Under the pieces are notes generated by a model. The model made no database searches and was not told the DNA's origin. It worked only from the letters and a program-made list of their open reading frames with translations. The position numbers were made by a program, and so were the translations under genes. DNA of 64,000 nucleotides. Source: Sphagnum compactum. Lineage: Eukaryota. The stretch spans positions 3,100,001-3,164,000 of the forward strand of contig OZ234493.1 in assembly GCA_965153455.1 (NCBI GenBank), in the 5' to 3' direction. Positions 26,051 to 38,472 of this stretch are shown here, one piece after another; positions within the stretch are counted from its first letter, which is position 1; every line of letters starts with the position of its first letter.

Positions 26051-29000
26051 TTATTGTCGAACCCGGGAAAATCTTCTTAATAAGAGAGAAACAACAGAAA
26101 GTGTGATGAGCATTGTCCATTTCATAGGAACTGATCGATGCAGCTGAATGTTGGAAATCTGTATGTGCATTTTTGGTTTAGCCATGTCCTTGATCATCAT
26201 CGTGTCTTCCTGCTTCGACATCCAAGAATGATCTCTTTCATCATCGAATTCCACTATCTGCATCCATCCTACGTCTTCTTGGTCTGTGCCAGCAATGGAT
26301 GAATTGGGCAATGATATCATTGGATATAGTGAATTGTCTGCAGGAAAACTGGGATCCAATTTGTATGTGGCATCTTTGTGAAGAAACCCCACATGATCTG
26401 GGTACTTGGCATGTAATAATCCTTGCTCAAAACAGATCCTTGGAAGTGTACAACAGGCAAAACTCTTGGCCACATTCTCAAGAAGCAGGAGAGGCTTCAT
26501 CCCGAGTGCAGCCAATGGGGCCAGTGGTTGCAGTAAAACCTGGTATCAGACAGACAGCCAAAGTAGTCAATAAAAACTTCGGAATTTTTGTTTACATGAA
26601 ACTCATTAGGTTGGGTACAGCAGTAGTTGACACCACACACACTGGGGCAAGCTGGAGAAAGAGAGAGAAATGACCTGATATCGATCTCGTTCAGTCTGCA
26701 GTTGGTGCATCTCTTGCTGTAGCTTGCCAACCAGGAACTGTGATTCCTGCATTTTCTTTCCTCCAATGAACCCATTTGTTAGATAATTATCTATCAACCC
26801 AATCTTGGAGTTCCTTTTGATGCGTTTGCCAGTTGGTTATATATCTCTATAAGATATGGTTCATGACCATGAATGCAAAAAATTGAACTACATCTCCCTG
26901 TGGCTATGGAGGAATTGGAATTTCACCACCTGTATCTGCTCATGTAGTTTGAGGCATTGCTTCTCCCGCTTTTCACATTCATGGCATGCAGACTTCAGCG
27001 GAGCATTGACATCATCCAATGGTAGAATTTCCCTTCCCCTTCACAGCACACCCAAAAAAGAAGAAAAGCCATACAACCCATGAGAAGAGACAATTATCTT
27101 CTTTTTGCCTTTAGAAAGGAGACTGCACTCTAGATCCTTCTCATATGAGACTTGGAGGCCACAAATACCCAGACCCAGTTTGAGATGATCCTTACCTTTG
27201 AGATGAAAGGGTAAGTATCCTGCATCGAACAAGGTGGGTCAAGGGGTTTTATGTAAGGCATGCCTGTATTCAACCAAGCACTGCAGCAGTGATGACGCGT
27301 GTTGAAGAGAATTTTCCAAACTGTAGGGTTCACTAGTTCCATGCTCCAGGTCCATACAACACATCCTAGTAGTAAGCAGCAACTCTCTTTGTAAGGCCTG
27401 TTACAAGGGAACAACAACTCGTTACATACAGGATCAATGACTTACAACAACAACGGCTTAACTTACATGTAATGCATTCAAACATGTGTGCCTCACAAGA
27501 CAAGATATTAAAACACCAAAAATTAGAGAAAAAGAAAGAATTTGCACTTCCTAGAATTTGTACCTGATTGAGCATGACAGTATGCAAGTCATGATTGATG
27601 ATGGGTTTGTTGCGAATGTTGCAAGCACGGTTTGCGTACTTGAGGGTATTCAGCGTTTCCTCCAAATTGATTTCTGCTGTGCTGTGCAGTAATAGAAGAC
27701 ATAGACCTTTTTAGTCTGTGCACAGATTGCATGAGACTAGGTATATGCAATACATGTGCTTTGCCATAGCTAGTGAAGAACTCAAACTTTGTTGCAGAAA
27801 TTATTGCAACGAGAATCACAATCATATATATTTTTTACCTGATGCAGGCAATCATGCAAGTTCTGCTGTTTCCACCAAGTGAGTCCTGCAAGAATTGCAA
27901 CTACCAGAGCTCTGTCAGTCACTTCTTGACAACAGGGGATTGCAGAAATATCATGCCAAATCCTTATGTACTATTGCAGAACTATCACATGCACCCAATC
28001 CGTATGTGACATGGGGTAAGATACATTGCAGTTGAGTGTGATTGCTGTTGGGGATATTAGCAAACCTGCAACACACGGGTGAGCTTTGACTGCCTGTAGG
28101 GCACGTGACGACCTTTTTTCCGCTCATCACCCAGTGCACTTTTTCACATCACAAACCAAAAAAACCCTATCAGTTTGATGCATGAACTATCCATCATCTT
28201 TGCCAGTAAGTCTGGGCACCAGATGTGAACAGATAAAATCAGAACACAATCTTAAACACATTTCTCTCAGTCAAATCTTCAGACAAAGAGCTTGAAAGCT
28301 GTAGACTGTAAGTTTGAGATTGATGCAATTGAAGTTCTGTTGATCTCTTCTCTCTACAAATTTATTCTGTTTCCAAACTTGGTCAGATGTTCTCAATGGA
28401 CCTGATGACATTTCCCAAGGCAAGAAGACCACAATTGATGGTCACTGATTCCTTAAAGCTCATCCCCACAGCACCAGTGCGCTTGACCCTTTCTGAGCCT
28501 GCCAAGTCCACCTGCAGAGAAATAATTTCTGTGCGACAAGAAGCAGATCAAGCTTGACATCCTTGTCCAACATTTCCACTTGACTCTTTTTAAGTATCAA
28601 ATGCTTGCTGCAGGTGAAACAAACAGGGGTGGTCCTAAAGAAGGTTTGAAAACTTTTCAGAGACCAACCAGGTGGAACTTTGCAGTGATCACATCATTGC
28701 TAAGAGCATTCAGATTGTGGACAAGAGACCGCTGCTCCACAATGATGGTGAAAATGGCATGGGACCGGCTCGAATGCTGGTTCATCATTGTGCTTCCTGT
28801 TGTGCGGAACATGGAACCATACTCCAAGCATCTGTACAAGCAAGCACATCATCCTGTACAACACTTTTAAGGTAATCATGGCAAGGACTTTCAACCCAGC
28901 AAAAGAGAGGAAGAATATTGCCATGAAGATGATCACGATTGCAAAATTATAGCCATGATGTTTTGACCTTCAATTTTGCACCCTTGAACCATGAGCTGCA

Positions 29001-30553
29001 AAGTCACAACCCAAAACCTTCACACAAAACATGCGGTAAGAACTGGATATGCAAAATGGAGCAGGCCCAACAAACATCATCATGAGCTCACCTGGGACAA
29101 CAATGTCTCATCATCAGCTAGACATCAATCAGAAAGTGCAAAAGAGGAAGAATATGATAGTAGAGACCTGATCATGTTTTCAAAGCTGGTGACAACTTCT
29201 TCCTTAACTCCGGCAAGGATAATGTCACCGTGTGCATCTTCCCGAACAGAGATTGACTTGGATGGTGTGGCAGGATGCAGCAAATCTTTGATCTCCTCAT
29301 TGTGAATCTCAACAAATGCACACTTGATCTGTCACAGATTTCAGCAAACCCCTAGCAGCTGCTTCCTTGAGCTCTCTCTCTCTCTCTGTCTCTCTCTCTC
29401 TGTGTGCATGAGTCCTCTCAACTTGAGAAAACTAACAATGTCATTCTCAGATGCAGTCTGCCAAGAAATCTTGGCAAACTTCTGTGGAGGAATCAAACAA
29501 TTCCTCCACAGAGAAAAATACCAAACGGGGCATTTTCATCTCCTCCATGCAATCTGTTGAGAAACAGTGGTAACTCTGATGTTGAGCAGGCTAAGCTTGT
29601 AACATGGATCATGTCTACTGCTGCTGCTTGTGAGAGATTAGGGTTTTGGAAATTAGGGTTTTAGAGAAATATACCAAATGGGGCATGTTCATCTTCTCCA
29701 TGCAATCTGTTGAGCAGCAGTAGTAGTAGGTAACTCTGATGGTGAGCAGGATAAAAGCTTAATGTAACACGGGCACATACATGACCAAGTCTGCTGCTGC
29801 AAGTGTGAGAGAATAGGGTTTTGAGGGCACTTACGAGGAATTCAGCTTCGCTACTGCGCTCCTCAATGCTGCTGTAGAGTTGGCGAATTGCGCGTGGTAG
29901 AATCCCAAGCTCCGTCTCCGGCAGCAATGGCACATTCTTCCCGCATCCCATTGTGAAGGTTTTGCCTGATCCTGTCTGCCCATATGCCAGCACTGTTGCA
30001 TTGTACCTGAGAAACAGACCCACTCACTCACCCAGGTGTGTTTGCATCTCTGTGGAATTCGGAGCTCCGTTTTTTTTTCTTCGCGAGCTGATCGAGAGAA
30101 GAAGAAGAAGAAGAAGCAAGAGAATCAATCCATCATGGGTGGTGAGTGAGTAGTGAAGGATTTTTTTTCTTTTTTGGTTACGCACCCGGCACAGCAGCTG
30201 TCGACGAGAGGTTTCACACAATCAAGATACACATCTTCTTGACCCACCGTGGGTCCATACACGCGATCGAAGGCGAATATCCTCTTACCCACCAACACCG
30301 CACGTCCATCACTAGTATATGAAACACATTCCTTACAAGTCTTGTAATCCGTAAGCTCATCCTGTTGCAGCGGCCGCGCTCGAACTGCCACTCGCAACAC
30401 CGACAACGTCGTCCCTCCTGCAACACCATTCACATTACCATTCTTATTATATTCGTCTAGAGCAGCTGTGGTGGTACTCGTCGATTGTAATAAACCCAAC
30501 TCTTGTGTTGCAGCAAACTTGTTCCATGAAACAGCAGCAGCGCTCGGATTCAT
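26051..30553 (-). CDS. Kinesin-4-like motor protein, 12 exons, ~671 aa
   Basis: Exons 30553-30186, 30006-29835, 29328-29168, 28831-28669, 28511-28402, 28138-28066, 27885-27839, 27681-27564 (firm), then 27397-27264, 27038-26930, 26746-26675, 26539-26051 (less certain). Motifs [87 protein letters not shown]. Confidence 0.9.
29512..29822. repeat. Two-copy ~155 bp duplication with telo-box-like TAGGGTTT in kinesin intron 2
   Basis: ATACCAAA(C/T)GGGGCAT.TTCATCT.CTCCATGCAATCTGTTGAG...GTGAGAGA.TAGGGTTTT occurs twice. Confidence 0.8.
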
Positions 30554-32664
30554 GTCTTACGCTCCAAATCCACAACTGTTGTAGCTCTCTAGACTCTATA
30601 ACATTGCCACCCACGACGTCCAAAGAGTAAACTACATTGTTGCATCCATGCACGCGAGTGTTTGCATCGGTTTCAGTATGTCAAAAATTTCTTCCTGCAA
30701 GCTGATCTTTACATGATCCAAGCAGAGAAATGCGCACAAAAGAATTGGAAATTCCCCACGGAAAATTCTATGTCGTCGCAAGAACGGATCCGCGAGCGAG
30801 AGAAGGGAGGAATGGCGCAACGTCGCACGCCGCTTTGCGACGACGGGTCGCGACGGGACGCGACGCGTCGCGCGCGCGAGAGACGTCGTCGGTTCCTTCC
30901 TTCCGTCATTTCCAACAAAACCTAAATAAAATAATTACATAAATAAGTAAAATAAATTTTTAAAAATAACTACATAAATACCTACATAGTTAAAATATTC
31001 AAATACTAGAAATTTTCCTCGAAAAAAAAGAAGTTAATTGATTAATTGGCAAATCATTAATTACAAAATCTAGCCAAATTTGGCAATAGTGCAGATCTGC
31101 TAATAATGATTTTATAAATCCTTTCTATATTGTTGTGGCTAACCTATTAGAGCCTATGGTAAAAATATGGCAATTTTAATATATGTTTTGGAAATCTGGT
31201 GAAAATTCGTCACAAAAAGAATTATTGAGCATAACACATATTATTATTATTAGTATTATTATATATCATTTAAATTTGTTTTCATTCATTTTTGGTGTTT
31301 GTTTGTGTTGTGAGGTTTTGGAGCAATTTTCAAGTTTTTGGAAAATTTTGGCAATTTCACTAATATTGGTGTTGGATGGTTTTTTTTAGTGCAAAATTAA
31401 GGCTTTAACTTAAGATCTTTTTAAATTATATATATTTCTCAAATTTTCACATTTTGTAGAAGCTTTTATTCATGCTATTATTTATATTATCTAGAGCAAA
31501 TGTTCTTCGAAGATGTGTGATTGATATTATTCATTGGAGTTGCGATATTATTTTTATTTATTTTAAATTTTTTTCCCCTTTTGAGATCATTCCATTTGCT
31601 TTTTCCATTTCCTAAAGTCCACTTCAATAGTAAATAAAATAATATATGAAAATTTGGCAATAAATATATTTGGTATCTAAGTTAATATTCGACTTGTAGG
31701 GTTTCATTAAGGTGAGAATTGACCCTTAAAATTGGATCTTTTTATTTTTAAATTTCCAAAAAAATTAAAAATTGTGAGAAGGTATTAAAAATAGAGCGAG
31801 GTATAATTCTCAACTAGATGTTCTAGGCTTTCAAAAGAAAATAATATTTATTGAAAATAATTGCTAAATTTTTTGTTGAAAATAATTGAACTTTTAATAA
31901 TTGAGTTGTTTAAAACTTATTGGAAATAATCATTATTATTATTATTATTTTTGAAATAATTGAACTTTTGATGATGGACTTGCCCTTGGGAACCGGCACC
32001 TTTAAAAAAAAAAAGATAAAAAGTGGTTGAATTTTTTTCAAAAGTTTGATCCGATTCTTTTTTATGGAGTTTTAAAAAAAAAGAAAAAAAAAGAACCAAT
32101 TAATTCAGTTCTTGAAATGTTATGCGAGAACAAAAATTGACAATTCTAATAAAAAAGTGAGAACTACATAAATTTTAAATATTACATTTTCTTATTGCCC
32201 CAAGTATTAATGGATGGGCATGCGTAGATTTTGGGTGCACCCATCCAATTGATGGGTTGTTTTGAAGTCTACCCATTTACTTGTTGGGTTTCTTCTCAAA
32301 ATAGGAATGCTGAATAAATGATTTAATTCATGCCTCTTATATTATTTTATTTTTGTTGGGTTGTCACTTGTCTTTTTGTATCACAAGGTTTCAAGTCATT
32401 TTATGAAATGTAAAAAACAATTCATATGATTAAATTTTTTAAATGAAATTTGTTTGATAAACATACAAATAATTATAGCTTTAATAACAAAAACCATAAT
32501 GAAATTAAAAATTGATTAATTTGTTTATTATATTGTTGTTGTTTTTTATATCATAAAAATTTATTATTGCCATAAGATAGTAGACATGTATGATTTTCGG
32601 TTTTACCAAGCATGTATGGGGTGCAAACACAACTAGTTGCATTCGTATTGAGCAAATATGAACA

Positions 32665-33000
32665 TCTATCTATGAAGCAAGGTTGTTTGTTTGTTTTGTT
32701 TTTGTAACTTATGAGATCCACAGAACTAGGATGCTTCAGATCGCGTTCTTCGTCTCTTTGGAAAGCTCTCGACAAGGATAGGTGCATGGGGTTTTGATTC
32801 CATGTCGTTTGGACTTTGCGATGCAGAAAAGTTTTTGAACATTGAATGATTTCTTCACTGAAAATTGAATTAAATCATAGGTGAAATTTTCGGAGGAATT
32901 GGAATGTGCCTTTGGTGTTGTTGGAAAGATCTTGATGAGCAGGATTTAATGTAATTTATTTGGTAAGATTTGGATTCACAATGTGGGAAATATAGATTGA
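32665..33000 (+). mobile_element. Interspersed repeat, probable non-autonomous Helitron (related copy at 53509-54028)
   Basis: Begins A|TCTATCTATGAAGCAAGG. Shares TTGGTGTTGTTGGAAAG...GATTTAAT with the second copy. Confidence 0.5.
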
Positions 33001-33872
33001 AATGTCCAAAGTAACATGTCATGCACACAACCCACCAAGAGTGAAAGGGCATATTAAGTCTCATTTGATTTGCAATTCAATTAACAAAATGCATGTTAAA
33101 CACTTCCAATAGTGAAATCTGAAAGTGTTCATAAGAGCAGAATCAAAGTCTCAAGTACAAAGTGCCATCAGGCAGCTTTAAAATTAACACTTTGTTTCAG
33201 CCTCAAAACATGAAAGTGCTCAAGGAAAAAAGAGAGCTTATATTTGGAGTATTTCTCAGTGTCTGATCCACTGTTGTCCACAGGACTTTAACATAGTGGG
33301 TGGGGGTGGACTATCAATGGTGCACCACAGCCATACTAGTGAGATCTGAGTAAAACATTTAAGCTCAGATCATGTCCTACATTTGGTAAATTACAGAATG
33401 TGCTTCATCATGACTGGCAGGCAAAATTCTCACTTCAAAGCACACAAGAAAAAACAACACCACCGACATCTCATGCCAATATACCAAGCCCAAAATGGAA
33501 ACATCAAGAAATCGCAAAGTGTTTTCAATGGAATAGCAAAAATCACTCGTGAAATACTGTTACACTCACAGCAATATCTGTGACACCTACTCACACCTAC
33601 TCTAACAATGTGACTCTGTTGCGTTGATTTGCATTGAGGTCCTTGGTTTTCCTCTCATCCACCACACCCGTATTTATCTTGATTGCTCACCAGCTAGCAT
33701 GAAGTGAATGGATTTGCTGCTGCTGATGCGGCTGATGCTGCTATCCATCCGTTTGTGTTAAAGACCAGAGAGTGACTGACTGAGTGATCTGTTCTGTTTT
33801 AGCAGCTCTGTGACCTTCCTCCTCCAAGCATGTTTCCACAAGAGGAAGAGAGTAACTACAAAAGCCTAGAAC

Positions 33873-36800
33873 TCACTCATCTTGATCCTTCTCCTTCTTG
33901 GGTGCCACTGCGAAGAACTCAGAAATGATCTCGAGGGGAAGACCCTTGGTTTCTGGCACTTTGAGGAACACAAATATCCAAGCAACCACACTGACAACGG
34001 CAAACAGCCCAAACACTCCTTGCAGCCCAAATTGTTGATTAACAAGAGGGAAGGAGTAGGTGACAATCACATTGCTAGCCCACATGGCAGCAGCACACAG
34101 ACCAATGCACACCCCTCGCACCCTCGTTGGGAAGATTTCAGAGCAAAGAATGTTGGGAATTGGGCCAAAACCAGCCACAAAGGCGCATGTGAATATTGTG
34201 ACACATGTGAAAGAAACCGCAGCTGGAATCAAACCCGTTGTCAGGAACATGTTGACCAGCACAAGTGCCACCAATGAGATAGCAAGAACAGGAATGGTTG
34301 CTAGAAGCAATTGCCTGCAAACAGAATACAACCACAGACTTTTCTGAAAATGTCTTTGCAGATTCAGAACAACACACACCATGTACAATGATTAATTGTG
34401 CAAACCTTCGTGAACAGTGAGAAATACACTACTCAAATGTATGTATGTCAAAAAAGAGAGAGAAGAGCAAGAAATATACCGACGGCCAGAGCGATCCATA
34501 AGCCACATGGCCATCATAATGCAAGGGAGCATAAGGAAGCAAGTCACACCACTTGCCATAATCGATGCAGATTCACCATCAATCCCAATGTTGGCCAACA
34601 GATCACCAGCACCCGATTGCATAAGGATTTGAGGGGTGAAGTACAGCACCGCATTTATTCCACAAAACTGCAACCAGAATATAAAATTTGAAGCAGCTAA
34701 ATATTGCACTTTCAAAAAGAGGTGAACAAAAACACACAAGCTTTTCTACTTCATCAATCACATAGTCAAGCACCCACAATCTCTCAAAAGCTCCAAGAGA
34801 TATCAGAATACCCATCTCTCCTCCATCACCATCATCTACAGGAGGAAGCTCAGAGAAAGTAGTTATGTATTTCATATGTGTTCTGCCACTGACCTGCTGC
34901 AAGATCTGAAGACCCACTCCAACAATAAGAGCTCGGCGGACACCACCTTCAAGCAGATTTGACAAGGACGGCAATTTTGTTGCTGTCTCTGCAGGATGAA
35001 TCATTGCAGGACCCACAGGGTGCTGTTGAAACAACTCCTTCCCAAAGCGTGATGGTGGTCGACCCACAAGGACAGCCGCCTGCACAAGCAATCATCCCTG
35101 TTGGAGCTCATTGCCAAGCAGCCCTCTTACATTTTTGTGAACAGTTCTACAAAAGAAAGAAACTGTAGATTATTGGGAAGGGGAAGTGGTGAGGGCCCAC
35201 AAAAAAAAAAACCTTGAGAGAGAGAGATATGGAAAACTCAGAAACACTGTGCAAGAATTTTACCTGGAAAGCTTCAGGTTCACCCACTGAAGGAGGAGCA
35301 CCTGGAAGTGACATAGAAGATGTAAAATGGGATATGTCGCCACCATCACCCCTGAGAAACACTCGCTTTAATCCACCTTCCTCACCATCAGAACCTCCCT
35401 CTTCCCACCGCCATGCCAGCTGCCAGCCACCCCCTATGCCTATGCTTCCAAAAGATTCTGGCACACCACCATCCTGTGCTGCGCTTCTTGAGTTTGATCT
35501 GGAAAACCGACCAGGAATCCCTTTTGAATTCGAATGTGAAAAATGCAAGTTTGAGCGTGATACTGGGCTGAGCTGCCCATTTCTGTCCCGGTTGGAGTTG
35601 GACCGTGAAAATCCTTGTCCTTTGACAGAGCTGTTGCGAGAGAAGGGAAAGATATTCTTTGCAGACCCGTACTTGTTCCCAGATAGTAAAGGGGCTTCCA
35701 GGGTTTCATCAATGTCACCAACCATGCCAAGGTCATTGTCAGAGTGGTACCCATTGTCACCATGTCGTGGAGTCTGAGCTTCGTCGTCCCATGGCTCAGT
35801 TTTCTGGTCATCTTCAGCTGCAACATCATGAGATGTCAAATGATAATCAAAGGGAGTTTGGAAGCTCCCGAGCAAAGTCACCATGGGGTCAATCAGGGGA
35901 AGAGCATGGCCGCTAGCATGTCGTGACAGCAGAGAATGGGAACCCGATTCGTCTGCTATGGGAGTTGCTAACCAGCTGCTTTCATCAGGACCAAACAACT
36001 TGATTTGGCCTTCCTCAATCACCGACTCTTCATCATCCTCCAGCACTCTGTCAGCTGGCTTCAATAGCCATTCTTCAAGTTGTGTTTCTCCTCCCACTCC
36101 AAGACCCTCCACCAACAGTGCAAGCTCCCCTGCCAGGAAAAAAAGGACCCAAATACAAAAATATGATGCATCAGGCTGGTTTCAATCATCATCATTCACC
36201 TACTTTGTCGACTCAATGTATGCACTTGCGCATCTACTTTGTCTCCTCAATCTGCACTTGCAGAATCCATAAGCATCCCCAAAAAATTTCAAGAGAATCC
36301 ACCCAGTACAACGGAACATGATCTTCTAAGAAATAAGCACAGAAGTGCCACTTTAAACAAAACCCACCAGAACATTGCCAATGGACCGGCAGCATCTATT
36401 TGTGACCAGAATGCAAGAAAGGAGTATGGGGGAGAGAGAGGAGGAGATTCCTACCAGTGACATCTTCCCTGTCACGAAGATTTTGTAGGACAATTTTGGC
36501 CTCCAACATGCGACCTTTACTTACGAGCCAGCGTGGAGACTCAGGTAACAATAGAACCGTAATGAGGACATAGATGATGGATGGAACAGACAAAATCCCA
36601 AGCATAAATCTCCAGTTCACAGTGCTTTGCAGTGAGAGGATAAAGTCCATCACATATGCAAGAAAGAGCCCACCCGAGCCCATGAGCTGTGGGAGTGTTG
36701 CTAATTGTCCACGAATCTCAGCTGGAGCTGACTCAGATATCAAAATTGGTGCAATTGTGGCAGCTAGCCCAATAGCACAACCCACTAGAATGCGGCCCAG

Positions 36801-38124
36801 TATGAGCATGTGAACAGATGGAGCCCATGCCATGACTAGAGCAGCAACCGAGTACAATGCACCAGAAACACATAGCATTGTCTTGCGACCAAGCCAATCT
36901 GCTGAAGGCCCTGCTACAGTCACACTTGCCACAGCTCCTATTAGAGTAGATGCCACCACCAACCCCTCAAGTGCAGGTGTTGCCTCCAAACTGAATTCCG
37001 GCTTTAGATACAACAATGCTCCTGCAAAAACACACACAATTCCCACCCACAATCTCAAACTGTTCAAATCTGCCCGATTTTTCCATCCAAGAACAGATCT
37101 TCATCAAGCATTGCCTTCCTCCAACAACCTCTGCAGGAATCTTTCTTGCAAATTCTACTTGCAATTCTTTGCTAATCTAGAGACACAAATTATTGCGTAT
37201 AGGGTCAGACCAGATTTTGACAAGACATTGTTGAATGGTTCAAACTGTGTTGTGAAGTAGGACAATCCATGAGCATTTCTTTGTGAATTATTCTGCCACT
37301 CTTCTTCTGCTTCTTCAGTTAAACAAAATGTGCACATAGGTTGGTAGTAGTGCAGATACATGGGTAAAAAAAAAAGGATCTAGTTTTCCTCTCAGCTACG
37401 GATCCATACACTGAGGGAAAATGATGTACTGCAAGATATTGCAATAATGCTTGGGTAGACAACTGTAGAATGCACCTCAGGAAAAAACAATCTGAGATAG
37501 TGTTGCAAATTGTTAAAACAGCAGCAAGGAGCAAATTTAGAGCCTTACAAGACAAAGAAGAAGAAGAAGAAGATGATGATAGTGATGAAGGGTCACAGCC
37601 CAGTTTGATGAGGAGACACAGGTGTTAAGACAAAATGCTGACAATTCCATTGTAGTGCACTGTTAGTGGTGGTGGTCAAGTAGTTGTAGAATCAAAACAC
37701 AGATTTGTTGTGCACTTGATTCTTCTACTGCCTCTAATGCTCTTGATGGTGGAGTGGAGGAACAAAGGAGGACAAGGAGGACAAGGAGGATTCATAGATT
37801 TGTACCAGTAGTTTGCTGCAAGTTGGGAAGTGGAAGTTTGAAACCAGTGGGTTTTCCTTGCAGACTGTTTTTTTTTCCCTGTAGCAAACCTTGTACTCTG
37901 AGAAGAAGAGTAGTGCTCAAACAGATGGATGGGCGGGCCGTCACAGTGAGAGAAACAAGGGAGGAGGATGATGTCAAGGGAAGAAGGAAGAAGGAAGAAG
38001 AAGAAGAAGAAGGTTCTTGTAATATTAGGACACACCCACCTGCAATAGCACCACCATCCCATCCTTGCAAGAGATTGCCGATTGCAGCAGCTATTGCTAC
38101 TCCTGTTGCTCCTTTGATCTTCAT
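33873..38124 (-). CDS. TST: Tonoplast sugar (monosaccharide) transporter, TST/TMT family of MFS, 6 exons, 777 aa
   Basis: Exons 38124-38040, 37021-36455, 36129-35264, 35079-34894, 34667-34480, 34314-33873, all GT-AG and in phase. Motifs IGNLLQGWD, LPESPRWLVSKGRM, a large central loop with IGGGWQLAW, QILQQFCGINAVLYFTPQIL, PIPNILCSEIFPTRVRG, KVPETKGLPLE. Confidence 0.96.
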
Positions 38125-38429
38125 CGTTTTAGTAACACAATCTCAAACACCCTCATTCACTATACATCCACCACCCACAACAGTTTCTGCAACCCTCTCT
38201 TTTTCTGCTGCACCACCCACCACCTGCAATCCAAGACATTGTACATCAGCTTTTAAAAAAAGGTAAAAAAAATCCAGCAGCAAAAAGGGAATAAGGATTG
38301 CTGCAGGAGGTGATGATGGATGGATGGATCGATAGATCATGCATGTGCAGTAAAGATCATAGAGTACGTTGTGGGTGCTTTGCAGCAAGCAAGAGAGACA
38401 CAAGAAGAAAAAGAATCCATGGATCATTT

Positions 38430-38472
<43 letters not shown>

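Noticed and set aside
35214-35777. 187-aa plus-strand ORF (also 57240-57857 on minus)
   Set aside because: Antisense shadows of real exons, with no domain.
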